A stretch of 64,000 nucleotides of DNA, taken from Octopus vulgaris. Taxonomy: Eukaryota. The notes below the pieces were generated by a model. It had not been told where the DNA came from. It made no database searches and was given only the letters and a program-made list of their open reading frames with translations. A program made the translations under genes and the position numbers. Of this stretch, positions 1 through 12,453 are shown one piece after another. The stretch lies in assembly GCA_951406725.2 (NCBI GenBank), contig OX597833.1, forward strand, positions 47,120,001-47,184,000, read 5' to 3'. Numbering within the stretch: the stretch's first letter is position 1; each line of letters starts with the position of its first letter.

Positions 1-714
1 AATCTCTGCCTAGTTTCTACAGTCTTAACTACAGAGTAGTGGACATTTACAAACAGGCTGAAGTCAGACTGTGGTAGAACAGTAGCTAACTTGCATTGTC
101 AGCAGTTAGCAAGGTTGCATGCATAGGCAATGGCCAAGTATTTTATTCATCTGCCCACTTTATCATCATTGTCATCATCATCATTTAATGTCCATCTTCC
201 ATGCTGGCGAGCCAGAGGACTGCACCAGGATCCTATTTCTTTATTACCAACAAGGGGCTAAACACAGAGGGGACAGACATAGGTATTAAGTCGATTACAT
301 CGACCCCAGTGCATAACTGGTACTTAATTTATCGACCCCGAAAGGATGAAAGGCAAAGTCGACCTCGGCGGAATTTGAACTCACAACGTAACAGCAGATG
401 AAATACCGTTAAGCATTTCACCCGGCATGCTAAAGATTCTGCCAGCTCGCCGCCAGACAGGATCCACAGTCTGTTTTGGCATGGGTTTTACAGCTGAATG
501 CCCTTCCTAATGCTAACCATTTTACAGAGTGGACTGGGTGCTTTTTACGTGGCACCAGCAATGGTGAGGTTTGTTTTGGTATGATTTTCACAGCTGGATG
601 TCCTTCCAGTTCATCATCATCATCATCATCATCATCATTTAATGTCTCGCTGTACAGCCAGCCAATGTCTTGACAATGAGTTTGGTAGATGGAAACTTTG
701 GAAGCTCATAAATA

Positions 715-929
715 TGAGGGATGTGCTGAAAAGTTCTGGTATTAAGGGTATTGGGAAATACCTGATCGGAGGCCCAACCTTCTGAGTTCTTTTTACAGGG
801 CTTAAGAAAACTGAAGGACCACTGCTATAAGTGTGTGAATTTGAGAGGGGAATATGTTGAATAAAATCATAATTAACTGATCTTGTATTTTCTTTTACCC
901 AAAGCCAGAAACTTTTCAGCACCCCCTTG
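715..929 (+). mobile_element. Mariner-derived MITE (internal deletion derivative)
   Basis: TIRs tgagggatgtgctgaaaagttctgg / ccagaaacttttcagcacccccttg; the body matches the 3' end of the mariner at about 35200-35351; inserted in the TA/TG tract of a SINE. Confidence 0.8.
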
Positions 930-1296
930 TGTGTGTGTGTGTGTGTGTGAATCTTTGTGTTTTTGTTATCCCCTGTCACTACTTGACAACAGGTGTTGAT
1001 TTGTTTATATCCCTGTAACCTAGCAGTTCAGCAAAAGAAACTGATAGAAAAAGTACCAGGCTCAAAAAATGCACAGGGTTTGATTTGTTTAACCAAACCC
1101 TTCAAGGCAGTGCCCCAGCATGGCCACAGTGCATTGACTAAAACAACTGAATGATGAAAGATAAAAGATATCCCTTTAAGCTATATCACCTTTGTTTTTG
1201 CTTTTTCAAAGAAATATTTTTTTACAAATAAATATTAAATTTCACTTCTATTTTTTGTGTTATTTATTGCTTCTTTTTCTTCCCATTATTTTTCAG

Positions 1297-1417
1297 TCCT
1301 GAATCTCAGGGAGTTATCATTGGTACTGTGTTTCTGATAATCATGTTTTTGTTCATTCCTGTACTATTCTACAACTATCTGACAAAAACAGCAGATAATG
1401 AATTTCCTCACAGCAAA
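1297..1417 (+). CDS. DPAGT1: DPAGT1 (UDP-GlcNAc:dolichyl-phosphate GlcNAc-1-P transferase) internal coding exon, first in window
   Basis: tttcag| acceptor and |gtaagt donor; encodes PESQGVIIGTVFLIIMFLFIPVLFYNYLTKTADNEFPHSK, matching the PESQGV...FIP...FPH segment of DPAGT1/Alg7. Not in the ORF track. Confidence 0.95.
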
Positions 1418-1528
1418 GTAAGTCCTTTCATATAGTCCAGCAATTTTCCATTTTTATATGTGTGTGTGTGTGTTTGGAACATTCCCATAATCCTTAATAA
1501 GTCTCTGAATTAATATTGCAGTCTTTAA

Positions 1529-2651
1529 CCCTTTAGCATTTCTTTAAAAAAAGACTCCGCCGGTTACAACGACGAGGGTCCCAGCTGATACGATCAACGG
1601 AACAGCTTGCTCGTGAAATTAACGTGCAAATGGCTGAGCATTCCACAGACACGTGTACCCTTAACGTAGTTCTCGGGGATAATCAGCGTGACACAGAGAG
1701 TGACAAGGCTGACCCTTTGAAGTACAAGTACAACTCATTTTTGCCAGCTGAGTGGACTGGAGCAACGTGAAATAAAGTGTCTTGCTCAAGGACACAACGC
1801 ATCGCCGGGAATCGAACTCACAACCTTACGATCATGAGCCGAATGCCCTAACCACTAAGCCACGTGCCCTCACCCTTTAGCATTTAATCCGGCTATGTCC
1901 AGCCGGATTATTGGTAAATTTACTGCTGTCAATTCCTCATGAAGAAAGTTCACCGTGAGGAAAGTTTACCAAGGAAATATATCCATAGTCTCTTACCATT
2001 AATAGATAAAAACTATTTTATTCAAAAAAAAAAAAACGAATTGATGACAGTGAACTTACCACACATGATCCAGCCCAAATATTCTACCTGTTTTATGTTA
2101 AAACTGACCAGATCCAACCTCTCACACCTACCCCACAATGTCATTCTAAAAATATATAAACACACAGGAGTGGCTGTGTGGTAAGTAGCTTGCTAACCAA
2201 CCACATGGTTCCGGGTTCAGTCCCACTGCGTGGCATCTTGGGCAAGTGTCTTCTGCTATAGCCTCTGGCCGACCAAAGTCTTGTGAGTGGATTTGGCAGA
2301 CGGAAACTGAAAGAAGCCCGTCGTATATTTGTATATATATATATGTATGTGTGTCTGTGTTTGTCCCCCTAGCATTGCTTGACAACCGATGCTGGTGTGT
2401 TTACGTCCCCGTCACTTAGCGGTTCGGCAAAAGAGACCGATAGAATAAGTACTGGGCTTACAAAGAATAAGTCCCGGGGTCGATTTGCTCGACTAAAGGC
2501 AGTGCTCCAGCATGGCCGCAGTCAAATGACTGAAACAAGTAAAAGAGAGACACCATTGAAATCATGAAGCTACAAGATAATGCTTGATGAATTCAAGACA
2601 ATGTAAATAACTAAGCAATATATTTGACAAAGAAATCTAGATGCTAAAGGG
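1529..2651. mobile_element. piggyBac-type MITE with two nested SINEs
   Basis: TTAA-CCCTTTAGCAT ... ATGCTAAAGGG-TTAG ends; body shared with 4529-4748; the nested SINE at 1541-1871 has TSD ACCCTTTAGCATT. Confidence 0.7.
2163..2549 (+). mobile_element. tRNA-derived SINE family A (representative copy)
   Basis: A-box-like TGGCTGTGTGG, B-box-like GGTTCAGTCC, CCTTGGGCAAGT core, internal (TA/TG)n, tail ...ATGACTGAAACAAGTAAAA. Other copies include 2845-3253(-), 5039-5380, 8665-9150, 13435-13800, 14009-14400, 18705-19095, 20250-20610, 54780-54945. Confidence 0.9.
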
Positions 2652-3460
2652 TTAGCCCTTTTGGTATAAACTCATTTGTAACTGCCCCTGGTTCTATAAT
2701 ACAAGCCTGTTTTGAGTGACCTGAATTAAAACTCATCTGATACTGCCCCTACCTCTATATGAACCTGTTGTAAATGATCTGAATTAAAACTTTGCTTCAA
2801 AACCTGTTAATTTGTGCTCTAAACACTAACTTAACGATACTCTCTCTTTTACTCTTTTTACTTGTTTCAGTCATTTGACTGTGGCCATGCTGGAGCACGG
2901 TCTTTAGTCGAGCAAATCAACCCCAGGACTTATTCTTTGGATGCCTAGTACTTATTCTATCGGTCTCTTTTGCCGAACCGCTAAGATACGGGGACGTAAA
3001 CACACCACCATTGGTTGTCAAGCGATGTTGGGGGGACAAACACAGACACACAAAATATACACACACATACATAAATGTATATATATATATGAAGGGCTTC
3101 TTTCAGTTTCCGTCTCCCAAATCCACTCACAAGGCTTTGGTTGGCCCGAGGCTAAAGCAGAAGACACTTGCCCAAGGTACCACGTAGTGGGACTGAACCT
3201 GGGACCATGTGGTTGGTAAGCAAGCTACTTACCACACAGCCACTCCTACGCCTAATAGCAAAAAGTTATTTTAATAAATTCTTCGTTACATGGTTAAGAA
3301 GATTACTTTGCAGCCATGTGGTTTTAGGTTCAGTTCCGCTGCATGGCACCTTGGGCAAGTATCTTTGAATATAGCTCCAAGTTGACTAATGGCCTTATGA
3401 ATGAATTTGGAAGATTGAAACTATGTGGAAGTCCATAGTGTGTGTGTGTGTTTGTGTATA

Positions 3461-4275
3461 AGCAAAGTAGCTAGTTAGAAAGTCTCAGTTAGAGATGAAA
3501 GTAGTAACTATACTGAGAAGTAATGTTTATCGCCACATCAATATGGCTGTTCGACGTTACTACTGTTTTTAACCCCAGGAAGAGCCTCCTCCAGCTGGTT
3601 ATCGATGCAATCTGCACCTGGTATATATTGCAAACAGGGGAGCAAACCCCTACCATCTTCTAGCAGATGACAGGATCACCAGACTGAATGGTTTCAGTCT
3701 ATTTGTCGTTTGCTCTCCAACGGTACCAAACCATTAATAATAATAAATAATTATAATGATGATGATGATGTAAACACACCACTATCAGTTGTCAAACGAT
3801 GTTGGGGGGACAATTTGTGGTCCGCTCTCCTGCTTGCAATATGTATTAGGTGCAGATTGCATCGATAACCATCTAGAGGAGGCTCTTCCTGGGGTTGTAG
3901 TAAAGTCAAACAGCCATATTGATGTGGAAATAAACATTACTTCTCTGTAGAGCCATTATTTTGATCTCTTGTAGAGATTTTCTAATTAGCTACTTTGCTT
4001 GTTGCAATATGAATTAGTGACTGTCACTTGGTTTTTCTATATATTACAAGCTGGAGTGAATTCCTACTATCTCTAGCAGCCAGGTGTTTGCCACTGATGA
4101 TGGGCATGAATAGCCCAAAGCCATTCGGTCTGGTAGATCCTGCCATCTGCTAAAAGATCGTAGGGGTTCACTCCCTTGTTTGCAATATATACCAGGTGAA
4201 GGTTGCATCAATAACCAGTTGAAGGAGAATCTTCCTGGGGTTAAAAACTGTAGTAATGTCGAACAGCCATATCGA
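3461..4275. mobile_element. Retrozyme-like element: about 346-bp tandem unit (about 1.3 copies) plus an inverted partial copy
   Basis: 3825-3925 recurs at 4170-4275; 3461-3700 is an inverted copy of the same unit; degenerate hammerhead at 4090-4134. Confidence 0.7.
4090..4134 (+). ncRNA. Degenerate type I hammerhead ribozyme
   Basis: gcca-CTGATGA-t-gggc(atgaata)gccc-[AAAG]-cc(attc)gg-TC-tggt. GAAA is mutated here but intact in the inverted copy near 3680-3700 (GAAACCATTCAGTCTGGT on the minus strand). Confidence 0.6.
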
Positions 4276-4528
4276 TATATATATGTATGTATACAGTAAT
4301 CCCTTGACTATTGTGGGTGTTATGTATACTCTTTTGCTTGTTTCAGTCATTTGACCGTGGTCATGCTGGAGCACTGCCTTTTGTCGAGCAAATCGACCCC
4401 AGGACTTATTCATTGGAAGCCTAGTACTTATTCTATTGGTCTCTTTTGCCGAACTGCTAAGTTACAGGGACGTAAACACACCAGCATCGGTTAACAGAAA
4501 GCAATTGGCCATAGAAAATCTGCCTTAA

Positions 4529-4748
4529 CTCTTTGGCATTTAAACTGGCCATTTCCTGCCCAAATATTCTACCTGTTTTATGTTCAAACTGACCAGATCC
4601 AGCCACTTACACCTGCTCTACACTATCATTCTAAAAATAAACAATCGCGTCATTGAAACCCTGAAGCTATGAGATAATACATGATTAATTCAAAGCCATG
4701 TGAATAAATAAGCAGAACATTTGACAAAGTAGCCTGAACGCTAAAGGG
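4529..4748. mobile_element. piggyBac-type MITE
   Basis: TTAA on both sides; ends CTCTTTGGCATT / AACGCTAAAGGG. Confidence 0.75.
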
Positions 4749-5938
4749 TTAATAAGTTTCCTTTGACCGACGTTAGTGTGAAAAAGTAGCTTTTAAAATG
4801 ATGATGATAAATATGTGTGTGTGTGTGTGTGTTTGTAATTAATATGTTGGAGAGAAAATTTGTATGTACAAAGCTGCTAATTCATTATGCTGTGATTCAG
4901 AGTTTCTCATTCAGTATGATTCCTCAAGCAGAAATGTTTTTGTTGTCTGAAGAATCATATCAGATGACAAACTCTGAGTAGAGATGGCATGAATCATTAG
5001 CTTCATATGAAAAAAAAATACCTCCATTCATACACATAGGCGCAGGAGTGACTGTGTGGTAAGTAGCTTGCTTACCAACCACATGGTTCCGGGTTCAGTC
5101 CCACTGCATGGCACCTTGGTCAAGTGTCTTCTACTATAGCCTCGGGCCGACCAGAGCCTTGAGTGGATTTGGTAGACGGAAACTGAAAGAAGCCCGTCGT
5201 ATATATGTATATATATATATGTATGTGTGTGTGTCTGTGTTTGTCCCCCTAGCATTGCTTGACAACCGATGCTGGTGTGTTTACGTCCCCGTCACTTAGC
5301 GGTTCGGCAAAAGAGACCGATAGAATAAGTTCTGGGCTTACAAAGAATAAGTCAAATGACTGAAACAAGTAAAAGAGAAAGAGAGAGATTCATACACTCA
5401 GCCATGCTTATATACATATATACATTCGTACACACAAACATAGATACATACATACAATCATATATACATATGTATGTACATACATGCACATATATATGTA
5501 CATACATACATGCATACACACACACATGCATACATTTATTTATTTATTTATGTATAATGGGTAAGAATATGTCAAAGAAGCATATAACAGATTTGGATAA
5601 TTTGTGCTCAGACTGGCCTGGATACTTAAAATCCAATATCAAGCAGGGGAGAATAGAATCCAGGTAAAAAAAAGTAGGCTAAAGGCACGTTGGTACCAGT
5701 CAAGCTAATTAAAGTATAATAATGATCGTAAGATTGTGGTTTCGATTCCTGAACCGAGTGATGCGTTGTGTTCTTGAGCAAAACACTTCATTTCACGTTG
5801 CTCCAGTCCACTCAGCTGGCAAAAATGAGTAACGCTGTGATGGACTGGCGTCCCGTCCAGCTGGGGAACACATATGCCATAGAAACCAGGAAACCGGGCC
5901 CATGAGCCTGTCTTGGCTTTAAAAGGGTGCATTTATTT

Positions 5939-6190
5939 GTGGAGGCATGTGGCTAAGTGGTTAGGGTGTCAGCATCATGATCGTAAGATTGTGGTTTTGA
6001 TTCCTGGACCGGGTGACGCGTTGTGTTCTTGAGCAAAACACTTTATTTCATGTTGCTCCAGTCCACTCAGCTGGCAAAAATGAGTAACGCTGCGATGGAC
6101 TGGCATCCCGTCAAGCTGGGGAGCACATATGCCATAGAAACTGGGAAACTGGGCCCATGAGCCTGGCTAGGCTTTAAAAAAGGGTGCATT
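5939..6190 (+). mobile_element. tRNA-derived SINE family C (representative copy)
   Basis: TGGCTAAGTGG A box and GGTTTTGATTCC B box; tandem partner at 5721-5933; related copies at 50890-51140(-), 1541-1871(-), 28376-28750 and 30800-31090(-). Confidence 0.88.
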
Positions 6191-6485
6191 TTTAAATTTT
6201 TATATCTTAGTTCCAGATCACTTTGTGCCATCCGGCCTGACTTGAAACTTATAGCGTCTTCATCCAAATGCTGTTGTACTTCTATGAATAAGGAAGTACT
6301 GTCTACAATCGTAGCTTTTAATCTTCGAACTGTCAGACTTAAGAACTCTTTTCCATTTCATTGTTTCCCTCCTCCTCCTCCTCCTCCACCTCCTTATGAT
6401 CTGAACTGTTTCAAGTCTAAAGTAAATTCATTCCTTTCTTCTTAATTTCTCTTTCTTCAAAGTCCCTTACACTAAATGGTATCTT

Positions 6486-6898
6486 GGATCTTTTCGGTTT
6501 GAACGGCAGTTTTTTCTAGCGGTGTCATATGAAATTGTCACCCATAATTATGACCCTAGTATCGATCTATTGCATTTCAATCTGTTTTAGGGTTAGGGGG
6601 GGGGGGAAGGGTATCTTTTTTTCTTCACAAATGTAAATAAACCCAATCTGTTTCTTAAATGAGGGACATATTCATACGGCACAGAATGCTTTTTAACTCG
6701 ATAGACATCATTGATTGGTTGAAATTGCAGAAATTGAAGAAAAATAAACCAACAAATATCTTTCAAACTATAGAATTTTCTCAATAAAGCCAAGAGAAAA
6801 AGATGTTTTATAAACACATTCTACCAGTATACGAAGATTAAAATTTTTTAGTTACCTAGAAATTATGTTAAAAACTTCTGTTCAAACCGAGAAGATCC
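6486..6898 (-). mobile_element. Merlin-type MITE, copy 1
   Basis: About 29-bp TIR GGATCTTTTCGGTTTGAACGGCAGTTTTT; 8-bp TSD GGTATCTT; strand is relative to copies 2 and 3. Confidence 0.88.
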
Positions 6899-6977
6899 GG
6901 TATCTTGCCTTGTTTGGGACTGCCTTATAAGAAAAAACAACAAAATTATCAACCTGTGTTTCTGTTTAATTTTGCAG

Positions 6978-7191
6978 TTTATTGAATATCTAGCTGCATT
7001 ACTGTCCATATGCTGTATGATCTTTCTTGGATTTGCTGATGATGTTTTAAATCTTCGGTGGCGCCAAAAGCTCTTGCTTCCGACAATTGCTTCTCTTCCC
7101 TTGCTGATGGTGTATTTTGCTAATTTTGGAGCAACTCTAATCATTGTACCAAAACCATTTAGAGGAATTGTTGGTTTCGACTTGGACCTAC
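6978..7191 (+). CDS. DPAGT1: DPAGT1 coding exon
   Basis: ttgcag| ... |gtaagt; [71 protein letters not shown] contains the GFADDV motif; phase 0 in, phase 1 out. Confidence 0.97.
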
Positions 7192-7829
7192 GTAAGTTCA
7201 GCTTCTCATAAGTCTTTCAGAAAAATCTACTTTTCAGATATTTTTTTATTTTCTTTTAACCATTGTCATCATCATCATCATCATCATCGTTGTTTAACAT
7301 CCACTTTCCATGCTAGCATGGGTTGGACGATTTGACTGAGGGCTGGCGAACCAGATGGCTGTCCCAGGCTCCAGTCTTGATCTAGCAGAGTTTCTACAGC
7401 TAGATGCCCTTCCTAACGCCAACCACTCTGAGAGTGTAGTGGGTGCTTTTACGTGCCACTGGCATGGGGGCCAGTCAGGCGGTACTGGCAACGACCTCGC
7501 TCGAATCTTTTTACACATGCCACCGGCACAGGTGCCAATCAGGCGGTACTGGCAACGACCTTGCTCGAATCTTTTTACACATACCACCAGCACAGGTGCC
7601 AGTAAGGCAATGCTGGTAACGATCACGCTTGAATGGTGCCTTTTACATTCCACCGGCACGGAAGCCAGTTAGCTGCTCTGGCAACAATCACGCTCGGATG
7701 GTGCTCTTAGCACCCTACTAGCACGGGGCTCAAGTACCAGTAAGACCTCTCTTGTCATAATCATGACTGTCATCAGAACCACCAATGCGACTGCCTTTTT
7801 TTTTTTGCATTCTGACTCATTACATTAAG

Positions 7830-7886
<57 letters not shown>

Positions 7887-8588
7887 AATTATTGTGTATG
7901 GTGCTCAGGTGCATTATAACTCATCAAAGGTACATGTATAGTACATAGAATTATGTACAAAAGTCAGGAAAGTGAACAGTGTATGAGTCATGATATACAT
8001 GTGTGCATACATATGGAGCAGAGTGGATATCAGGTGTAGTGTTGGTGAATTTCAGGAAGCATGGAGGTTTTTAAAGGATGCAATGCTATCTTCCACTTAA
8101 CTATATACTCTTTTTGCAGAAGGCATCCCTAAGAAATTTTTCTGCAGCTAGCTTTTCTTAATAAGTTATGGCTAAAATGAAGAGTTAGAGTATAATAAAG
8201 GCTGAACTCTTCAATAAGCATACATTTCAGCTATGTGGAAGTAGGCCAAATGAGAAATAAGAGGAAACAGTAGCCAGTTAGTAGTGACCTTAAACTTTTC
8301 AGTGACTTATAGAAGAGGCTAGAGCTGGTATCGGGACTCTGACTTGTGAAACTACTGACATTAAACAAGAGTTTTTGTGTGTGTGTGTGTGTGTGCTTGA
8401 AAATTTGTCAGGTTTATTTGTTATATTTATATTTATAGTTGCCTATCCATAATAAATTTCAAGTGGCACTAAAATCAGATTACATTACACTCACAGTCTA
8501 TGTATGTATACACGTGTATGTGAGTGTCGGTATATATATATATGATTCATAAATACATCATATATGTATGTGTTTAAATATCTATACA

Positions 8589-8662
<74 letters not shown>

Positions 8663-11007
8663 TAGGCACAGGAGTGGCTGTGTTGTAAGTTGCTTGCTTA
8701 CCAACCACATGGTTCTGGTTTCAGTCCCACTGCATGGCACTACTTTGAACAAGTGTCTTCTACTATGGCCTCAGGCTAACCAAAGCCTTGTGAGTGGATT
8801 TGTTAGATGGAAACTGAAAGAAGCCTGTCAGATATATATATATATATGTATCTATCATCATCATCATCATCATTTAGCGTCCGTTTTCCATGCTAGCATG
8901 GGTTGGACGGTTCTGCTGGGGTCTGTGAAGCCAGAAGGCTTCATCAGGCCCAGTCAAATCTGGCAGTGTTTCTACGGCTGGATGCCCTTCGTGTGTTTAC
9001 ATCTCCGTAACTTAGCCGTTCAGCAAAATAGACCGATAGAATAAGTACTAGGCTTACAAAGAACAAGTCCTGGGGGAGGTCGATTTGTTCGACTAAAGGC
9101 GGTGCTCCAGCATGGCCGCAGTCAAATGACTGAAACAAATAAAAGGATAAAAGAATACATCATGTACATGATGATGGACTCCACTGCCAAAGATGACTTT
9201 TGAGGTTTCAGTTTTTTTCTGCCGAATAACCTGCACAGATGATTTGTTCATTGTGATCAGATGATGTATGTACCGCACATTAGCTCACTACCTCCACCAA
9301 ATCAACATTGCCTGAATGTAAACAGTGTACATCATCATCATTATTGTTTTAATGTCTACTTTTCCTTGCTTGCATTGGCTCGACAGGTTTCGTTACAAAG
9401 GCGGCGAGCTGGCAGAAACGTTAGCACGCCGGGCGAAATGCGTAGCTGTATTTCATCTGCCGTTACGTTATGAGTTCAAATTCCACCGAGGTCGACTTTG
9501 CCTTTCATCCTTTCGGGGTCAATAAATTAAGTACCAGTTACACACTGGGGTCGATGTAATCGACTTAATCCGTGTCTCTGTCCTTGTTTGTCCCCTCTGT
9601 GTTTAGCCCCTTGTGGGTAGTAAAGAAATAGGTATTTTGTCTGCTGCTACGTTCTGAGTTCAAATTCTGCCGAGGTTGACTATGTCTTTCATCCTTTCGG
9701 GGTCGATAAATTAAGTACCAGTTACGCACTGGCGTCAATGTAATCGACTTAATCTGTGTGTCTGTCCTTGTTTGTCCCCGCTGTGTTTAGTCGCTTGTGG
9801 GTTGTAAAGAAATAGGTTTTGTTACAAGCCACCGTCTGACATGGTTCTTTGTTATATCTGGGGCACACAGAGAAAAATTTTCCATCCTTGTTGCTATATA
9901 AAACATATATTAAACCCCAAGTGAAATCATAGTCATGGCTGATGCTGGTGTCACGTAACTGGCACTTGTGCTGGTGGCACATAAAAAGCACCTATTTCTT
10001 TATTACCCACAAGGGGCTAAATACAGAGAGGACAAACAAGGACAGACAAACGGATTAAGTTGATTATATCGACCCCAGTGCGTAACTGGTACTTATTTAA
10101 TTGACCCGAAAGGATGAAAGGCAAAGTCAACCTTGGCAGAATTTGAACTCAGAACGTAACGGCAGATGAAATACAGCTATGCATTTCGCAGATGAAATAC
10201 CTATTTCTTTATTAACCACAAGGGGCTAAACATAGAGGAGACAAACAAGGACAGACATAGGTATTAAGTTGATTACATCAACCCCAATGTGTAACTGGTA
10301 CTTAATTTATCGACCCCGAAAGGATGAAAGGCAAAGTCGACCTCAGTGGAATTTGAAGTCAGAACATAACGGCAGAAGAAATACAGCTATGCATTTCGCT
10401 CGGCGTGCTAACGTTTCTGCCAGCTCGCCGCCTTGCACATAAAAAAAAAGCACCTTTCAAGCATTGGGAATCATGGAAGCAAAGTGGCTGATGCTGGTGG
10501 CATGTGAAAAGTTCCTTTTGAGTGTTGGGCCTCACCGAGACAACATCGAATGACTGAGACCTTTGGCATTATGTTGTGCTTGAGAAGAAGACCCATCAAG
10601 CCAAGTAAAATCAGTCGTGGAAGACACTGATGTTACACAAATGGCACCCATGCTGGTGGCACGTAAAAGTACCCATTACATTCTTGGAGTGGCTGGCATT
10701 AGGAAGGGCATCCAACCATTGATACCATGCCAAATCAGACTGGAGCCTGGTGCAGCCTTCTAGCTTGTCAGCCCTGGTCAAACCATCCAAACCATGCCAG
10801 CTTCGACAACATACGTTAAATAACGATGATGATGATGATGATGATGTGCTACTAATACAATGCTTTACTGTTTCTATGATGTTTCTATCTTACCATCACG
10901 TTTCAAATGATTTACATTTATGTCAAAGAGTTGCAATGTTCACCATATCCTATCTTATCTCACTTCCTATACCATATCATTTGATATCATTCTGTTTTAC
11001 TTCACAG

Positions 11008-11157
11008 ATATACTTTATTATGTTTATATGGGAATGCTTGCTGTGTTTTGCACAAATGCCATCAATATTTTGGCTGGAGTAAATGGTTTAGAAGTTGGTC
11101 AGTCTGTCATAATTGCTGCATCTGTACTAATTTTCAACATTATTGAGATAGTATATG
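11008..11157 (+). CDS. DPAGT1: DPAGT1 coding exon
   Basis: tcacag| ... |gtaagt; [49 protein letters not shown] contains the conserved [13 protein letters not shown] motif; phases match the neighbouring exons. Confidence 0.97.
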
Positions 11158-12453
11158 GTAAGTGAAGATTTTTTTTTGTTTCTGTATTTTTTTTTCTTTG
11201 TGTTATTTTTCAAATTATCATTTCATTTTTTTGTACGTCATTGACTCTTTTTATCCACTGCAATTTCGTTATCTCTAACGCATGAGATTAGATTGCAGTG
11301 CATTTGAATTTAGGTTTGTGTGTGTGTGTGTGTGTACGCGGTTAAGAAGTCTGCTTCACAATCACATGCTTCTAGATTCAATCTCACTTGCTCAACACCT
11401 TGAGCAAGTATATTCTGTCTCAGCCTCAGGTTAGTAAATGACTTGCGAGTGATTCTGGAAAGCTCACTGACTCTGTGTGTGTGTCCCCATCTCTCTCTGT
11501 ATATATGTATATATATATATATATCATCATCATCATCATCATCGTTTATACATATATATATATATCATCATCATCTTTTAATGTCCGCTTTCCCAATCTT
11601 GCATGTGTCAGACAGAATTTGCTGAGGCAGATTTTCTATAGCCAGATGCCTTTCCAGTTGCCAACCCTCACCTGTTTCCATACAAGGTAATATTTCCCCA
11701 TGGCCAGACTTGTTTTTCACTGAAGAATGAAGGTGAACAACATTCCTTGTGTGATGCTGATGCTTATTTGCAACCATCATATGATGTCACATTAGTAAAT
11801 AAATGCATACAGAAATTTTATCCAATATTTTCTGTATAATTCATTAATTTCCTCCTCAAATTTGTAATCGTGCTTCATATTGGGATAAAATGTTTGTCTC
11901 CTTTGTAATAGCTATGACCTTTAAGACAGCATATGTATATAAATTATATTGTTTTCTTTATATTGTTGATTAGCACAAATCTGGAAGAAACCAGCTCAGT
12001 TTTATAGCTTTTATAATCTGCTTTAAGTTTTTAACAGTTTGTGTCTTCAAAATATTTCTTCACACTTGAGAAGTACTTGAAACTTTATTTTCTAATTCAT
12101 GATGGAATAATTCATGTTTACTCTCAAAGCTCTTAATCAAGTCACAACTTGTCAGTAATTTTCCCCAAAGCTTACAACTTAGCATTGAGTTTGTTCAGAT
12201 GCAATAAAAAACACTATAAGTTAACTGACTTGAGCAAAATCACTTAACTGGAAAAAACTTCCTGTTTTTCATGATTTTCTTATTTAAAAATAATCTTATT
12301 TCACTTAAACATTCAACAAAACAGTTCAAGTACTGGATTATAACATCACCCAACCATAGATGTCATTTGTGTTTCCATCCATACTTAATTATAAAACTAA
12401 TCACTGTGGGTTTTTTACCTTTTGTTATATCATTTTCTCATTGGTATCAAACC

